From a virus (Duplodnaviria; Caudoviricetes): a stretch of 64,000 nucleotides of DNA. A model generated the notes under the pieces. That model saw only the letters and a program-made list of their open reading frames with translations. It had not been told where the DNA came from and did not search any database. Made by a program: the position numbers and the translations under genes. Shown one piece after another: positions 45,526 through 55,677 of this stretch. The stretch covers positions 2,199-66,198 of IMG/VR virus record IMGVR_UViG_3300026260_000002. The stretch is one strand, 5' to 3'. How positions within the stretch are numbered: position 1 is the first letter of the stretch; each line of letters starts with the position of its first letter.

Positions 45526-46079
45526 TAAGTAAGTCGCTTATCACGCGAGTAATTGACGGTATCCTGAATCTCAAAGCGCATGTATTGGAATGTTACTTGT
45601 GCCATAGCATACTCAGTACCATCTATTGTAGCATTAAATTCTAGTGCATTCAACCCAGTAGGAATCAGTCCCTCAAACTGGACGTTGAAATTCATTTTGA
45701 AGTTGCTGTTGAGCACAGACAGTGTTGCGTCAGCATACAGGTCATCATTGCCAAAGAGTGCAGTCATCTTATTCCTGAAGGCAAGTCTCTCTTGAGTATC
45801 ATCTGGTGTGCCGAGAGCACGAATCCAGTTATGCATGATCATGTAGTTAGTCATGTCCTCATCTACAAGGAATGATAACGTGAAAGGATCGTACGTGATA
45901 AAACCTTCCAGAGGTAGTGCTCTGAATGGTGTGGGTTGTTGCTGAATACCCAACGTCATCGATGGGATGTTTGCAGACTGTGCAAAATATGCAACCTTAG
46001 GATACTTGGCAAGGGTAAACCTAAATCCAATAGGCGACAGGAAATTCCTGTTTTCAATTTGCTTATTCCAAGTTGCCAT
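45525..46079 (-). CDS. gp3: tail completion / tube terminator
   Basis: NFLSP.GF.F, FLVDEDM.NY..MHNW; late promoter upstream. Confidence 0.85.
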   Translation of the reverse strand: MATWNKQIENRNFLSPIGFRFTLAKYPKVAYFAQSANIPSMTLGIQQQPTPFRALPLEGFITYDPFTLSFLVDEDMTNYMIMHNWIRALGTPDDTQERLAFRNKMTALFGNDDLYADATLSVLNSNFKMNFNVQFEGLIPTGLNALEFNATIDGTEYAMAQVTFQYMRFEIQDTVNYSRDKRLT

Positions 46080-46103
46080 GTCTTATAGGATATCTTGTCC
46101 TAG

Positions 46104-46111
46104 TATTTATA
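46104..46111 (-). promoter_or_regulatory. T4-type late promoter
   Basis: exact TATAAATA before gp3. Confidence 0.8.
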
Positions 46112-46316
46112 GCAAAGTATGTATATCCAACCATGGTACTAGTGGTGGTATTATTCCAATGAGTCTAAGAAGACCCTCAGCAAAAAGTGCGAGAACAATC
46201 CAACCAATACACACAGAGATAATTGTAGCATTATGATTATGTTTTCGTATTGCATCATCAATCATCTCTTGACATTCTTCTTTGGTTATGTAATGACTAG
46301 GTTTTATTTCCACCAT
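46107..46316 (-). CDS. hypothetical membrane protein
   Basis: EMIDDAIRKHNHNA followed by a TM segment. Confidence 0.65.
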   Translation of the reverse strand: MVEIKPSHYITKEECQEMIDDAIRKHNHNATIISVCIGWIVLALFAEGLLRLIGIIPPLVPWLDIHTLL

Positions 46317-46437
46317 CCTCACTCTCGTCAGTCCAAAATTCTTCCCAATCTCTAGCATCGGCATCGGTAATGTTTTCGGATTTTCTCTTACCGATACGAT
46401 GCTCAAGGAAGTCATCGATGAAATCTAAATCTTTCAT
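46297..46437 (-). CDS. hypothetical acidic small protein
   Basis: MKDLDFIDDF...; ATGA overlap with upstream gene. Confidence 0.5.
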   Translation of the reverse strand: MKDLDFIDDFLEHRIGKRKSENITDADARDWEEFWTDESEDGGNKT

Positions 46438-46598
46438 TCTGAATATTCTTGTAGATGTTCTAGTACTTTGTTTAAAGCATGGTGCGCACCTTCGTGCCAC
46501 TGACCTTCCTTTTTATCATACGTACCATTATATAGATCTGTCTTCAACTTGTATATCTTAGTGAGGAGATCGCCCTTTCGCATTCTAACCCGCGACAT
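46434..46598 (-). CDS. hypothetical small protein
   Basis: GAGGA SD; IYKLK.DL...W..GAH.ALNKVL. Confidence 0.6.
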   Translation of the reverse strand: MSRVRMRKGDLLTKIYKLKTDLYNGTYDKKEGQWHEGAHHALNKVLEHLQEYSE

Positions 46599-46630
46599 AG
46601 TATCCTCACAGTATACCATAGTATTTAACG

Positions 46631-46653
46631 AAAAAGCACCCACTAGGGGTGCT
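46631..46653 (-). terminator. intrinsic terminator
   Basis: AGCACCC-CTAGT-GGGTGCT followed by TTTT. Confidence 0.75.
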
Positions 46654-46680
46654 CTGAGAAGGTTTACTGTGAGGGGATTC

Positions 46681-46839
46681 TCACATAAGGAGCTCCCTAC
46701 AGATCCGTTTACATGTAGTTTGATTCTGGATATCGCACTCAATTAGACATTCATAATAATCATTTAAGCTTTCCTCTTCAATAGTTTCCTCAAAGTGCCT
46801 CCACTCATTGAGTTGATTTCTTGATGTTAAGCTGTGCAT
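46681..46839 (-). CDS. 52-aa four-Cys protein
   Basis: GAGGA SD; NDYYECLIEC..QNQTTCKRIC; not in ORF track. Confidence 0.65.
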   Translation of the reverse strand: MHSLTSRNQLNEWRHFEETIEEESLNDYYECLIECDIQNQTTCKRICRELLM

Positions 46840-46997
46840 TTAGTATCCTCTGTAACGTTAGTATGTTCTTTTATCTCATAATCAAGAGAGACTAGGATTC
46901 ATGGCAACCTCCATATTCTACTACTATCTAGGTTAGTAATTGCTGACATTCTAACCTTATGCAACGAATATTATTGCCTACTAACTTATACCTAGAC

Positions 46998-47025
46998 AAA
47001 AAAAAGACCCCTCAAAGAGGGGTCT
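46998..47025 (-). terminator. intrinsic terminator after gp23
   Basis: AGACCCCTC-TTT-GAGGGGTCT followed by a long T tract. Confidence 0.9.
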
Positions 47026-47055
47026 GTGGAAGTGATATGCCCAATAGGGCTGACA

Positions 47056-48417
47056 TCACATCAGATTCGTCACCTTAACACGTCTGTAGTAACGGTTGGC
47101 GTTAGCGGTGAGAGCACCTTCACCTTGTGTAAGACCTTCAGCGAATGGGTTAGCGACCATTCCGTAACGAGTCTTAAATCCAATTTTTGGTTGGAAGGTA
47201 TCAGGACCCACAGCGCGGACCATCTGGAGGGGCACATAAGGGCAGTAGAAGAGACCTGCGTCATAAGCACTGCTGCCTTTGTAACCAGCCACATAGAAGT
47301 GAGCATCGGAAACGTTAGCAGAGTAAGGATCGACGTAGACCTTAATACGACCGTTAAGTGTACCAGCAAGGGTGCTGCTGTTGTCGTCGGGCAGCAACTG
47401 AGCGTTACCAGACAGAGCAGGGGTGTAGTCAAGCACACCAGCCATAGACAGAGCAGATGCCACATCAGCAGAGCAGATGAGGATGTTGCCCTTTCCACGA
47501 CGAGTCTCGTGACCAATCGCATTCATGTCTCTCTCAATTTGGAAGAGAAGACCTTTGAATTTCTCAACTGACCAGCGACCGTTGGAGTCAACGTCGAGGT
47601 CAAACACACCTGCAGTTGCAGTGTTGTTTTGAGCACCAGGACGAGCGATCTTGTAAACAGTACGGACAACCTCACGGTTGATCTCTGCCAGCACTTCAGT
47701 GCTGAGAATGTTTGCAAGCTCACTTTCGGCATCCAAACCATGGACTGCCTTAAGGTCCTGAGCAAGCTCAAGACTGTATTCTGCTTTCAGAGCTCTTGAC
47801 TTCGCAGTAACGGTGACCTTCTCAATCGAGAAGCCCATTTCGTTGAAGTGGTTGTTAGCAGCATCACCCAGTGCTTCAGACTGGGCAGTAGTCATACCTT
47901 GACCACCGACGGTATACTGACCAGCACCATCAGCAAGCAGACCTGGGTTAGATCCAGTCTGAGTATTAGATGCAAGACCGTTACTATCGTTCTCAGATGA
48001 ATGCTCGGTGTTAACTTCGTTGAAGAAAGTCTCAACGCCGCTGTTGTTGATGTCTCTGTTGGTGCCCGTTGTGGAGCGCATTGCAAAGATCAGTCCAGTA
48101 GGACCAGTCATTGGTTGCACGCCGCAGATGTCATAAGCAATAAGCTTAGGCATGGAGCGTCTGATCAGTGAGATCAGCACAGGGTCGAAACCTGCAACAG
48201 GACCAGTAGCAGTACTGCCAGCTGAGTAACCTGTCCCTCCCAAGGAGTTAGTAGGAGCTGCTTCTGTTACCAGACCGCGCTCTTCCTTGAGGAATTTTTC
48301 TTGGTTTTCCAGGAGGACTGAGGTAACCGCCTTTCTATAGGTATCCTTAATAGGATCGAGCTCATTGTGCTCAAGAATGGGGTTCCACTTTTCCTGGAGT
48401 GCTTCTGCGTTAAACAT
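47056..48417 (-). CDS. gp23: major capsid protein
   Basis: LLENQE, LISLIRR.MP, VQPM.GPTGLIFAMR, KAEYSLELAQDLKAVHG, GFKTRYG. Confidence 0.98.
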   Translation of the reverse strand: MFNAEALQEKWNPILEHNELDPIKDTYRKAVTSVLLENQEKFLKEERGLVTEAAPTNSLGGTGYSAGSTATGPVAGFDPVLISLIRRSMPKLIAYDICGVQPMTGPTGLIFAMRSTTGTNRDINNSGVETFFNEVNTEHSSENDSNGLASNTQTGSNPGLLADGAGQYTVGGQGMTTAQSEALGDAANNHFNEMGFSIEKVTVTAKSRALKAEYSLELAQDLKAVHGLDAESELANILSTEVLAEINREVVRTVYKIARPGAQNNTATAGVFDLDVDSNGRWSVEKFKGLLFQIERDMNAIGHETRRGKGNILICSADVASALSMAGVLDYTPALSGNAQLLPDDNSSTLAGTLNGRIKVYVDPYSANVSDAHFYVAGYKGSSAYDAGLFYCPYVPLQMVRAVGPDTFQPKIGFKTRYGMVANPFAEGLTQGEGALTANANRYYRRVKVTNLM

Positions 48418-48448
48418 TTTAGACTCTTAGGTTAAATGAAAGGGTAAA

Positions 48449-49483
48449 TTATTTGCTCCAGCGAGAAATCGCTTGGGCATATGATGCCATAGCGTCTCCA
48501 ACAGGACCGTTCTCGACTTCGACATCTTCGGTGACAGTAGTCACTTCAGGCTTAGTAGAGAAATACGACTCACGGAGGGTAGAGACCTTCGCACGGAAAG
48601 ACTCTTCATTTTCAAACTCAACAGCTTCCGCCAGGGAGGCAATCTTCTCGCGTTGCGAGAGAGATAATCCCTCAGCGATCTCTGTCACAATCCCATTCTT
48701 GATATAGGTGCCGACGCTCTTGGAGAGCTCGACATTTTCTTCAATAGACTCGTTGAGTTTTGTTTCCATAACATCAAGTTGTGTCTGAATTTCTTCGACG
48801 ACATCAACTTTTTCTTCGGGGAGATCAATATAATTCTCCACGAAAACTTGTTTGAGACCTGCAAGCATGGACTCAGCCATTTCGGTTTTGATACCTTGCT
48901 CAATGGCGAGCTCATTCTTAGTCATCCATTGACCAACCGCATAAGTCAGATACTCATCGACTTTTTCTGCGAGGTCGGACTTAACAGACTCAATTTCTTC
49001 TTCAAGGACTTTAGCGTAGTCCTCGTGCATACGCTCCAACTCTTCGTTGATGCGAGATACAACTGCTGCTTCAAAGATAGTCTTTGCTTTTTCTTTGAAT
49101 TCTTCAGTCAACTCCTCACCTTCAGTAAGAGCTGCAACATCAGCAGACAGATCGACTTCGATCACAGTCTCCTGAGGTTCTTCAGCAATCACATCGCCTT
49201 CGGGCTCGTGACCTGCCTTCACATCACCCTTAGCAGAGAATTCTGCTTTGCTGCCAGAGGCATCAGAGGGTTTTGTTGTGGGGGAAGAAGCATTTCCACC
49301 AGCAATAGTCTTATACTTATTGCTGTCATCTGTGGGTTTGCTATTCTGTGGTGTTGGACCACCGAGATCTTGTACTCCAGCGAGACTACTACCGTCAGCG
49401 CCCAGTTTGGGCTGTGGGTCGGCAGGTTTTGCGCCAGCGGTTACACTCGATTCATCCAGAGTTGTTTCAATCTCTTGTGACAT
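48449..49483 (-). CDS. gp22: prohead core scaffold
   Basis: EEFKEKAKTIFEAAV, VDEYL.Y, acidic coiled coil. Confidence 0.93.
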   Translation of the reverse strand: MSQEIETTLDESSVTAGAKPADPQPKLGADGSSLAGVQDLGGPTPQNSKPTDDSNKYKTIAGGNASSPTTKPSDASGSKAEFSAKGDVKAGHEPEGDVIAEEPQETVIEVDLSADVAALTEGEELTEEFKEKAKTIFEAAVVSRINEELERMHEDYAKVLEEEIESVKSDLAEKVDEYLTYAVGQWMTKNELAIEQGIKTEMAESMLAGLKQVFVENYIDLPEEKVDVVEEIQTQLDVMETKLNESIEENVELSKSVGTYIKNGIVTEIAEGLSLSQREKIASLAEAVEFENEESFRAKVSTLRESYFSTKPEVTTVTEDVEVENGPVGDAMASYAQAISRWSK

Positions 49484-49523
49484 TTTGTCTCCTGGTTTAC
49501 AAACGTGCGATATTTGCTATAGT

Positions 49524-49531
49524 TATTTATA
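49524..49531 (-). promoter_or_regulatory. T4-type late promoter
   Basis: exact TATAAATA before gp22. Confidence 0.8.
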
Positions 49532-49533
49532 GA

Positions 49534-50181
49534 TTAAAGATTTTTGATGAAGGAGTGAAACGCGGAAAGTTTCAACTCATCCAACTGAGAACGGTGGGCG
49601 TTATCAATTCTCTGTTTAATCTGCTCGATTTTTTGCTCTTGGATTGCGCCACCAGCAAGAACCCACTCCTTTCCTTCCATGATGCCATTGACAAAAGCGT
49701 CAGGGGCAGAAGGATCTGCTACGATATCAGCAGCAGTGGCAAGCATAAAGTCATCAGCGACAACTTTGACACCACCTTCTTCCTTGATAGATCCAAGACC
49801 TCTAGAAGATACACCTAGTTTTACACCCTCGTCAAGCAGATTCTTTGCGATGTTACCCATAGGGGTATCGAGAAGTCTTGCTTTACCTACGAAGTTGTTA
49901 CCTTCTCTTTGTAGAGAAGTGATGAGGTGAGACACGCGATCAAGGTTAATAGTAGGACCATCGGGATGACCCAATTCACCTAGTGCGCGACCTTTACTAA
50001 TGTATTGCTCGTTGTATTTAGCAACTTCACGTTGAAGTGTTTCTGCACGATACATACGACCATTTCTATTCTTGATTTCACCCTGCAAGAAGACACCTTC
50101 GATAAAATGGCGTTTTTGTCCATTCTTACCTTCGGTAATCGTTACCTTTGCGGATTCAATCTCCTCCCTGATTAGTCTCAT
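49534..50181 (-). CDS. gp21: prohead protease
   Basis: KNRNGRMY, GELGHP, GVSSRGLGS, DIVADPSAPDA. Confidence 0.96.
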   Translation of the reverse strand: MRLIREEIESAKVTITEGKNGQKRHFIEGVFLQGEIKNRNGRMYRAETLQREVAKYNEQYISKGRALGELGHPDGPTINLDRVSHLITSLQREGNNFVGKARLLDTPMGNIAKNLLDEGVKLGVSSRGLGSIKEEGGVKVVADDFMLATAADIVADPSAPDAFVNGIMEGKEWVLAGGAIQEQKIEQIKQRIDNAHRSQLDELKLSAFHSFIKNL

Positions 50182-50404
50182 CTGTAGTTTCCTCTGGTGG
50201 TGTATCAGTTACTTCGGTCTCTGCAGATGCTTCGACTTCAGATTCGGTATCGGGATCCTTAAACATTGAGGATCCGACCTCTTGCTTCTTGGCGTCAATT
50301 TGATCAACCGCTACAACTTTCATAGCAGAATCAACATAGTCTGATAGGTCTTTTTGACCTGCAAACAATGCGTTGACGATCTCAAGTGCGGATTGTGTTG
50401 GCAT
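50156..50404 (-). CDS. small prohead core-like acidic protein
   Basis: position between gp20 and gp21; acidic tail. Confidence 0.6.
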   Translation of the reverse strand: MPTQSALEIVNALFAGQKDLSDYVDSAMKVVAVDQIDAKKQEVGSSMFKDPDTESEVEASAETEVTDTPPEETTDETNQGGD

Positions 50405-50429
50405 AATATTTAGAATTCAGTAATACTAT

Positions 50430-52061
50430 TTAGAAATCTCCTTTTTTACGATCCGCAGGATCGATTCCCTGCTGCGCGTATTGATCCATAGCTTGTTGCT
50501 GAGGGTCAACTGGCTCAGGTTGCATAGACATTTGCATCTGCTCGATTTCCATTTGAGGCATGGTATTCGGGTCAATGACCTTACCATCTGCAATCTCAGT
50601 CTCCATATCCTTATCAATGTCCTTAAACAAAGCATCAGGTTGCTTCAGGATCTGACGACGTATGTATTCTAGTGAGAAATATTTACCCACGAATGGGTCC
50701 ATCTGCTGTAGAAGTGCCATACGAGCATTCATAATCTCCTGCTCTTTCAGCTCGGAGAAGTAGTTGTCAGCAATAAAGTCATACTGGATATGCTCTTTAA
50801 CTTCATCCCACTCATCAGGTGTAAAGACACCTTTCAGAATAAGTTGAGTCTTGAGCAGATCATTAAACAGATCACCAAACTTCTTGCGGAGTCTAACGAC
50901 AAATTTTTGGAATTTAACTTCATCGCGAGTGATCTCTGCAGACCTACCAACGTTAAAAGAAGAGTCAGATTCCAGACGTGACTCAGGTACATTCAGTGAC
51001 CTGTAGAGTTTCTTCTGGAAATACTTGACATCCTCTAACTCACCTAAGTTTTGTCCACCTGGTAGTGTGGTGATCTCAGTGCCACGTCCACCTTCACGTC
51101 TTGGTAGCCAGAAGTCTTCCAGCATAGACATGAATTTCTTGTCATCGCGAATCTCACCAGTGTCAGCGTTATATACCAACTTGTTTCTATAGCGAGACAT
51201 CACCTCTCTGAGGTATTGCTCTGCCTTTTGCTTAGGCAAATTACCCACGTCGATATAGAAAATACGACGCTCAGGTGCGCGAGAGAGACGATAGATAACC
51301 AGCGAGTCCTCAATCATTCTCAGTTGATTGAGTGCTTTAATTGCTTTATGGAGGTGTGACAGCACAGTGTTGCGCTGCATATCAAGGTTTCCTGAGTGAG
51401 CATAGCAAATTGCATCAGGTGCAATCTTGATTCCATTATTTTCGTAACCACGTAGACCCTTAGGAGCGTAAATATAATACTCAACTGCCTTAGGAATCAG
51501 CACAGCCTGTGGATCTGCAGGAGAAATGCGATCCTTGGGTTTATCATACTCGATAACTTTTTTGATTTTGCGAGGATCAATATACCTCAACTCTGTAATC
51601 CCTTCCTTAGGATGATCAGGGTTAATCATCTTATGATAGAAAAGGCGACCATCGATATACCATCTACGGAAGATGTCGTATGCCCTTCTATCAAAATCGA
51701 GGAGACTGAGAACATTCTCAAACTCCTCGCGGATGCGTGTCTTCATAGAATCAGACACTTTAAGATTAGAAAGCTCAATATCAACAGGGTGATCGTCCAG
51801 ATCTCCAGCGATTGCCTCATTCACAATGTCATTAATTGCTGCATCCGCTTCTGGATGCAATGACATTGCACGATACCGACCGATAAGATCGACATCACTC
51901 GACTTATTTGCCGAGTCTCCCAGATCTACATATTGACCAAAATGCCCACCCGCCGCAATGGGCATCGCAGCATCGTCATTGTCTTTATGTACGAAAGAAG
52001 GACCCTTCGCAGAGCCCTTACTCTTCTTTCGATCTAGGGAATAACCAAATAGTTGTGACAT
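50430..52061 (-). CDS. gp20: portal vertex protein
   Basis: RRWYIDGRL, EDSLVIYRLSRAPERRIFYIDVGNLP, EDFWLPRREGGRGTEI. Confidence 0.98.
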   Translation of the reverse strand: MSQLFGYSLDRKKSKGSAKGPSFVHKDNDDAAMPIAAGGHFGQYVDLGDSANKSSDVDLIGRYRAMSLHPEADAAINDIVNEAIAGDLDDHPVDIELSNLKVSDSMKTRIREEFENVLSLLDFDRRAYDIFRRWYIDGRLFYHKMINPDHPKEGITELRYIDPRKIKKVIEYDKPKDRISPADPQAVLIPKAVEYYIYAPKGLRGYENNGIKIAPDAICYAHSGNLDMQRNTVLSHLHKAIKALNQLRMIEDSLVIYRLSRAPERRIFYIDVGNLPKQKAEQYLREVMSRYRNKLVYNADTGEIRDDKKFMSMLEDFWLPRREGGRGTEITTLPGGQNLGELEDVKYFQKKLYRSLNVPESRLESDSSFNVGRSAEITRDEVKFQKFVVRLRKKFGDLFNDLLKTQLILKGVFTPDEWDEVKEHIQYDFIADNYFSELKEQEIMNARMALLQQMDPFVGKYFSLEYIRRQILKQPDALFKDIDKDMETEIADGKVIDPNTMPQMEIEQMQMSMQPEPVDPQQQAMDQYAQQGIDPADRKKGDF

Positions 52062-52086
52062 TCAACTGTCCCTATACATTATGAAT

Positions 52087-52094
52087 TATTTATA
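52087..52094 (-). promoter_or_regulatory. T4-type late promoter
   Basis: exact TATAAATA before gp20. Confidence 0.8.
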
Positions 52095-52773
52095 CGTCGG
52101 CATTAACCGCATTACCAGCGTTGTTATCGTTGGCGTATGTCCAGTACTGAACCTGGAATTCAACAGTATACTCTTCAGGAGTATCGTTGCTATCCCATGC
52201 AAGGTCGATTGCACTGATGTTTGAAGGCCAGATGCCAACAAACTGATACGATCTAACGACACCACCCTGTCTATCATACTGACGCACAAGTGCGCTAGAC
52301 TGATATTCAGCGATAGTCTTAGGTGTTTGCAGGTTTTGCTGAAGGTTTTGGATCTTAGTGGACCACTCTTCAAACTTAGAGCGCAGTGCAAATCCTTTGT
52401 CGTTAAGGACAGTAACTGTCCAAGGCTCAAAGGTTCTGTCACCAGCGATCTTAAGTGTGCGACCTCTGTAAGGGACCTCAATCACACCCACTGTAGAAGC
52501 AGGAATGTTTGCTGCCTTCACAAGGAAGGTGGCGAGAGATCCAGAAGACGCCGAGGATCCTGCTTGGGAAGAACCAGCAGATTCCTGCTCACGCTTCTCT
52601 TGAGATCCAGGTGTGGCACCCGATGCAGGGGTGCCTTCATCAACGATGCCTGGGAAACCGATTTCCACTTGGAAAAGGTTGGGGCGGGCGAGGTCCCCTA
52701 TTCTGTTTCTGAAGTCAAGGATAGGTGCATTGACCGTCTTGCCTTCTGTCTGCCCTGGGTATTTGTCAGCCAT
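52090..52773 (-). CDS. gp19: tail tube protein
   Basis: LARPNLF.V, KIAGDRTFEPWTVT, WPSNISAIDL; Ser/Gly-rich insertion. Confidence 0.95.
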   Translation of the reverse strand: MADKYPGQTEGKTVNAPILDFRNRIGDLARPNLFQVEIGFPGIVDEGTPASGATPGSQEKREQESAGSSQAGSSASSGSLATFLVKAANIPASTVGVIEVPYRGRTLKIAGDRTFEPWTVTVLNDKGFALRSKFEEWSTKIQNLQQNLQTPKTIAEYQSSALVRQYDRQGGVVRSYQFVGIWPSNISAIDLAWDSNDTPEEYTVEFQVQYWTYANDNNAGNAVNADV

Positions 52774-52823
52774 TATGGTGAATTACTCCGATGTTTATTA
52801 ATGGGTTTTAGATGGTTAGATGA

Positions 52824-55595
52824 TCAGGAGACGAGCTCTGTGAAGCTTGCGCCAGTCCTTGTTGCCGTGAAGGTCAAGGTGATGAAGTTGATGGATCTTG
52901 TGGGCTTCACAAAGATCTCAGCGTAGAATTCACCACGGTCGATTGCCTCTGCAGGGTTGTTGGTGCCATCACAGACAACCAGGAAGTCAACAATACCACG
53001 ACGTGATTGGACAGATCTCAAGAAAGGCTCAACGACATTCTTGAATTGTTGGCGAGTAAACTCATCATTCAATTCAAAGAGTTGAGTCTTAGCAGCGCTG
53101 CTAATCGCTTCTTCGATAACGAGGAAGAGACGGCGGACGTTGATTCTGTCGAATGCAGATTGATAACCCAGTGCAGTCTTGTCTCCGAAGAGGACCGTAC
53201 CCTGACCAGGGAATGCGACGATAGGGTTAACTCTTGCTGCATAAAGCAGATCTCTGTGATCCTTCAAAGGAGAATAAGCAAGTTTGATGCTGTTTCTCAG
53301 GTTACCACGGTTGAAACCTGCAGGTGAGAACCATGCCTCTTGATTAAGAGTGGTGCTCAATACCAGACCTGCCATGTCACCGTTACAAGGAATGTAACGA
53401 TAGACATCATTATACTTGTCGTAGATATACTTGTAGTTATTATCGAAGACAGTATAAGAGGAAGATCCAAGTTGATCGAAGTACTCAACCGTGCGTGTCA
53501 CGATCGTAGGCACAGAAGCTTGTCCGACAACATCGCCTCTGAAAGGTGAGATGAAAGCGATACAATCCTTACGCTCATCTGCAATGCCGATGATGTGTTG
53601 TGCCTTAGCAATAGTATCATTCAAACTATTCATGCTAGGACCCATCAGGATGTAATCCAGTTGGACCGTTTCAGCATCGTTGAAGAGACTATATGCACCC
53701 AAGATGTTAGGACGTGAGATGGTATAACCATCAACACCACCTTGCAGTGAATAACGCAACGTTGCGCGACCCTTTGTACCAACTAGGGGCACAGCGAGTG
53801 GGTTGAGACCAGTAGGATCGTCCAGGTTGTTGAGGGACAGATCAGACTTAATCAGGTCAAACTCTCTGTTAACACCACTAAGACCGAAACTACCCGTAGT
53901 ATTACTGTCGCGATCATAGATGTTACTGGTTTCATGCGATCCCCAATACAGGAATTGCGAGAATTGTTTAATAATATTCTTGTAGAAGATGTTATCACCC
54001 TGAGGAGACTTAGCGTCGTTTGCCTTAGACACGTTGAGGTGCTTCTCAAGGAGAGCGCCAGGTGTGCCAGTCAGTTTACCGTCGCCGTCAAGGATCAGGA
54101 TGTGCATCAGGTCGTTGTAACCACCTCTATCTTCCACCCATGCGGATGTAGTAGGACGAGGAGCGATGTTAGCCCATCTCTGATTCACCCCATAAAGGCG
54201 GGTGTCGTAGTCATTCTCAACTGCTGCAATCCCAACGGTAGCAGCGTTTGCGTCATCAACATTCTGGTTTGCTTGGAAGTTGGGAGATCCAGGGTTAAGA
54301 GAAACTCTCAACTCTCTGCGGATTGACTCAACCGTAGCAGCATCGCCAGTTGCACTACCAGGAGTATTGCTGTTGTTTGCCAACTCGGAAACAAGGTCGC
54401 CAACTTCCAGCACGTCAGCGGAGGAAGAATCGATAGCAACTTCAAGTTGACGAGTCTCAGGATCGTAAGCAACAACGCGACCAGTAACACCACCACTAAC
54501 AGCAGTGACGTAGTTGTCCTTCTCAAAGGATCCAACCAGAGTATTATCGTCAACAACAGTTACGATAGTATCGTAGGTGTAAACCTTACCGTAGATGTTA
54601 GCAGCAGAGTATGCAACTTCTGCACCGTTGACGAATTGCCACTCAGTGCTAGCAGGTTGTGCCAAAGACAACACCTGATCAGCACCAGCGTCGGTCACCA
54701 CCACGCGGATGGAGTTACCATGGAGACCAGAAGATTTTGCTGCCCACTTCCAGTTGTTTGCTGCGTTTTCAACGTTAGTTTCATACTCTTCGTCATTCTT
54801 AACGAGAGGAGCAGTAATACCAGTTGCGGTGGTTTCGTTGATCTCAGTCTTCTGTGCTGTAACCAGATCCAGTGAGACGGTAGATCCATCGGTGTGTGCA
54901 GCAGCAGTAGTGCCGAGCAGACCGCGAGTAACGTTGAGATTATCACCAGAAACACCAGTGATTTGCATGATCTCGTCGTCAACTCTAATGTAAGAGTTGG
55001 TGCCAGCACCAAGTGTAGATGCAGAGGTCACAGTCAGAGTGCCGTCTGCGTCAGTGAAGGTAGCTCCTTCGTTAATAGTAGATGATGTGCCAGCAGGCTC
55101 AATCAAAGTGATTGGAGCAGCAGCAGCGTGAGATGCAGCGGATGTTGCAAGTTGACCGCGAAGCACAGTAACGTCGTTACCAGAAACTGCTTGGACAACC
55201 AACAATTCTGCGTCGATGAGAAGCAGATCGTTAACGTCGAGATCAGTTGCTGATGTAACAGTCAGCGTAGTATCGGTGCTGCTAAAGGTTGCAACGATAT
55301 ACTGTGCAGTATCGATTGCGTTCTTGAGCGAGTCATTCATTGCACGGACAACCTTTACGGTGCCGCCATACAGCAAGAATTGTGCTGCAGAAAACCAGTA
55401 TTCGTAGTTGTAACTGTTAGGACGCCCAAAGATCGACAGGAGCTCGCGCTCGCTGGTGACCGTGGTCATTGCCTCAACGGGTCCTTTTTCAAAGGATCCC
55501 ACAATAGCAGCAACATTATCAACTGTTGCGTTGGCTACGGAGGTAAGGTCTCTTTCAAGTACAACAACCCCTGGTGAAAGTTGTGTTGATGCCAT
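52824..55595 (-). CDS. gp18: tail sheath protein with inserted domains
   Basis: SPGV.V.E.D, GLVLST..EAWFSPAG.NRG, FDRINVRRLF, KPTRSINFI. Confidence 0.96.
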   Translation of the reverse strand: MASTQLSPGVVVLERDLTSVANATVDNVAAIVGSFEKGPVEAMTTVTSERELLSIFGRPNSYNYEYWFSAAQFLLYGGTVKVVRAMNDSLKNAIDTAQYIVATFSSTDTTLTVTSATDLDVNDLLLIDAELLVVQAVSGNDVTVLRGQLATSAASHAAAAPITLIEPAGTSSTINEGATFTDADGTLTVTSASTLGAGTNSYIRVDDEIMQITGVSGDNLNVTRGLLGTTAAAHTDGSTVSLDLVTAQKTEINETTATGITAPLVKNDEEYETNVENAANNWKWAAKSSGLHGNSIRVVVTDAGADQVLSLAQPASTEWQFVNGAEVAYSAANIYGKVYTYDTIVTVVDDNTLVGSFEKDNYVTAVSGGVTGRVVAYDPETRQLEVAIDSSSADVLEVGDLVSELANNSNTPGSATGDAATVESIRRELRVSLNPGSPNFQANQNVDDANAATVGIAAVENDYDTRLYGVNQRWANIAPRPTTSAWVEDRGGYNDLMHILILDGDGKLTGTPGALLEKHLNVSKANDAKSPQGDNIFYKNIIKQFSQFLYWGSHETSNIYDRDSNTTGSFGLSGVNREFDLIKSDLSLNNLDDPTGLNPLAVPLVGTKGRATLRYSLQGGVDGYTISRPNILGAYSLFNDAETVQLDYILMGPSMNSLNDTIAKAQHIIGIADERKDCIAFISPFRGDVVGQASVPTIVTRTVEYFDQLGSSSYTVFDNNYKYIYDKYNDVYRYIPCNGDMAGLVLSTTLNQEAWFSPAGFNRGNLRNSIKLAYSPLKDHRDLLYAARVNPIVAFPGQGTVLFGDKTALGYQSAFDRINVRRLFLVIEEAISSAAKTQLFELNDEFTRQQFKNVVEPFLRSVQSRRGIVDFLVVCDGTNNPAEAIDRGEFYAEIFVKPTRSINFITLTFTATRTGASFTELVS

Positions 55596-55677
55596 TAGAT
55601 TCTCCTGATTAGATTCCTAGTCGGATGCTGAAACTATTTAGAATAACATGGTTTTTCAGAGGGTAAACACGACGAAA

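Noticed and set aside
46681-46839. CP12
   Set aside because: Lacks the AWD.VEEL core and the C-terminal CP12 Cys loop.
47026-55577. Numerous long plus-strand ORFs opposite gp23, gp22, gp19 and gp18
   Set aside because: Typical antisense shadow frames of biased coding sequence, with no RBS or recognisable motifs.
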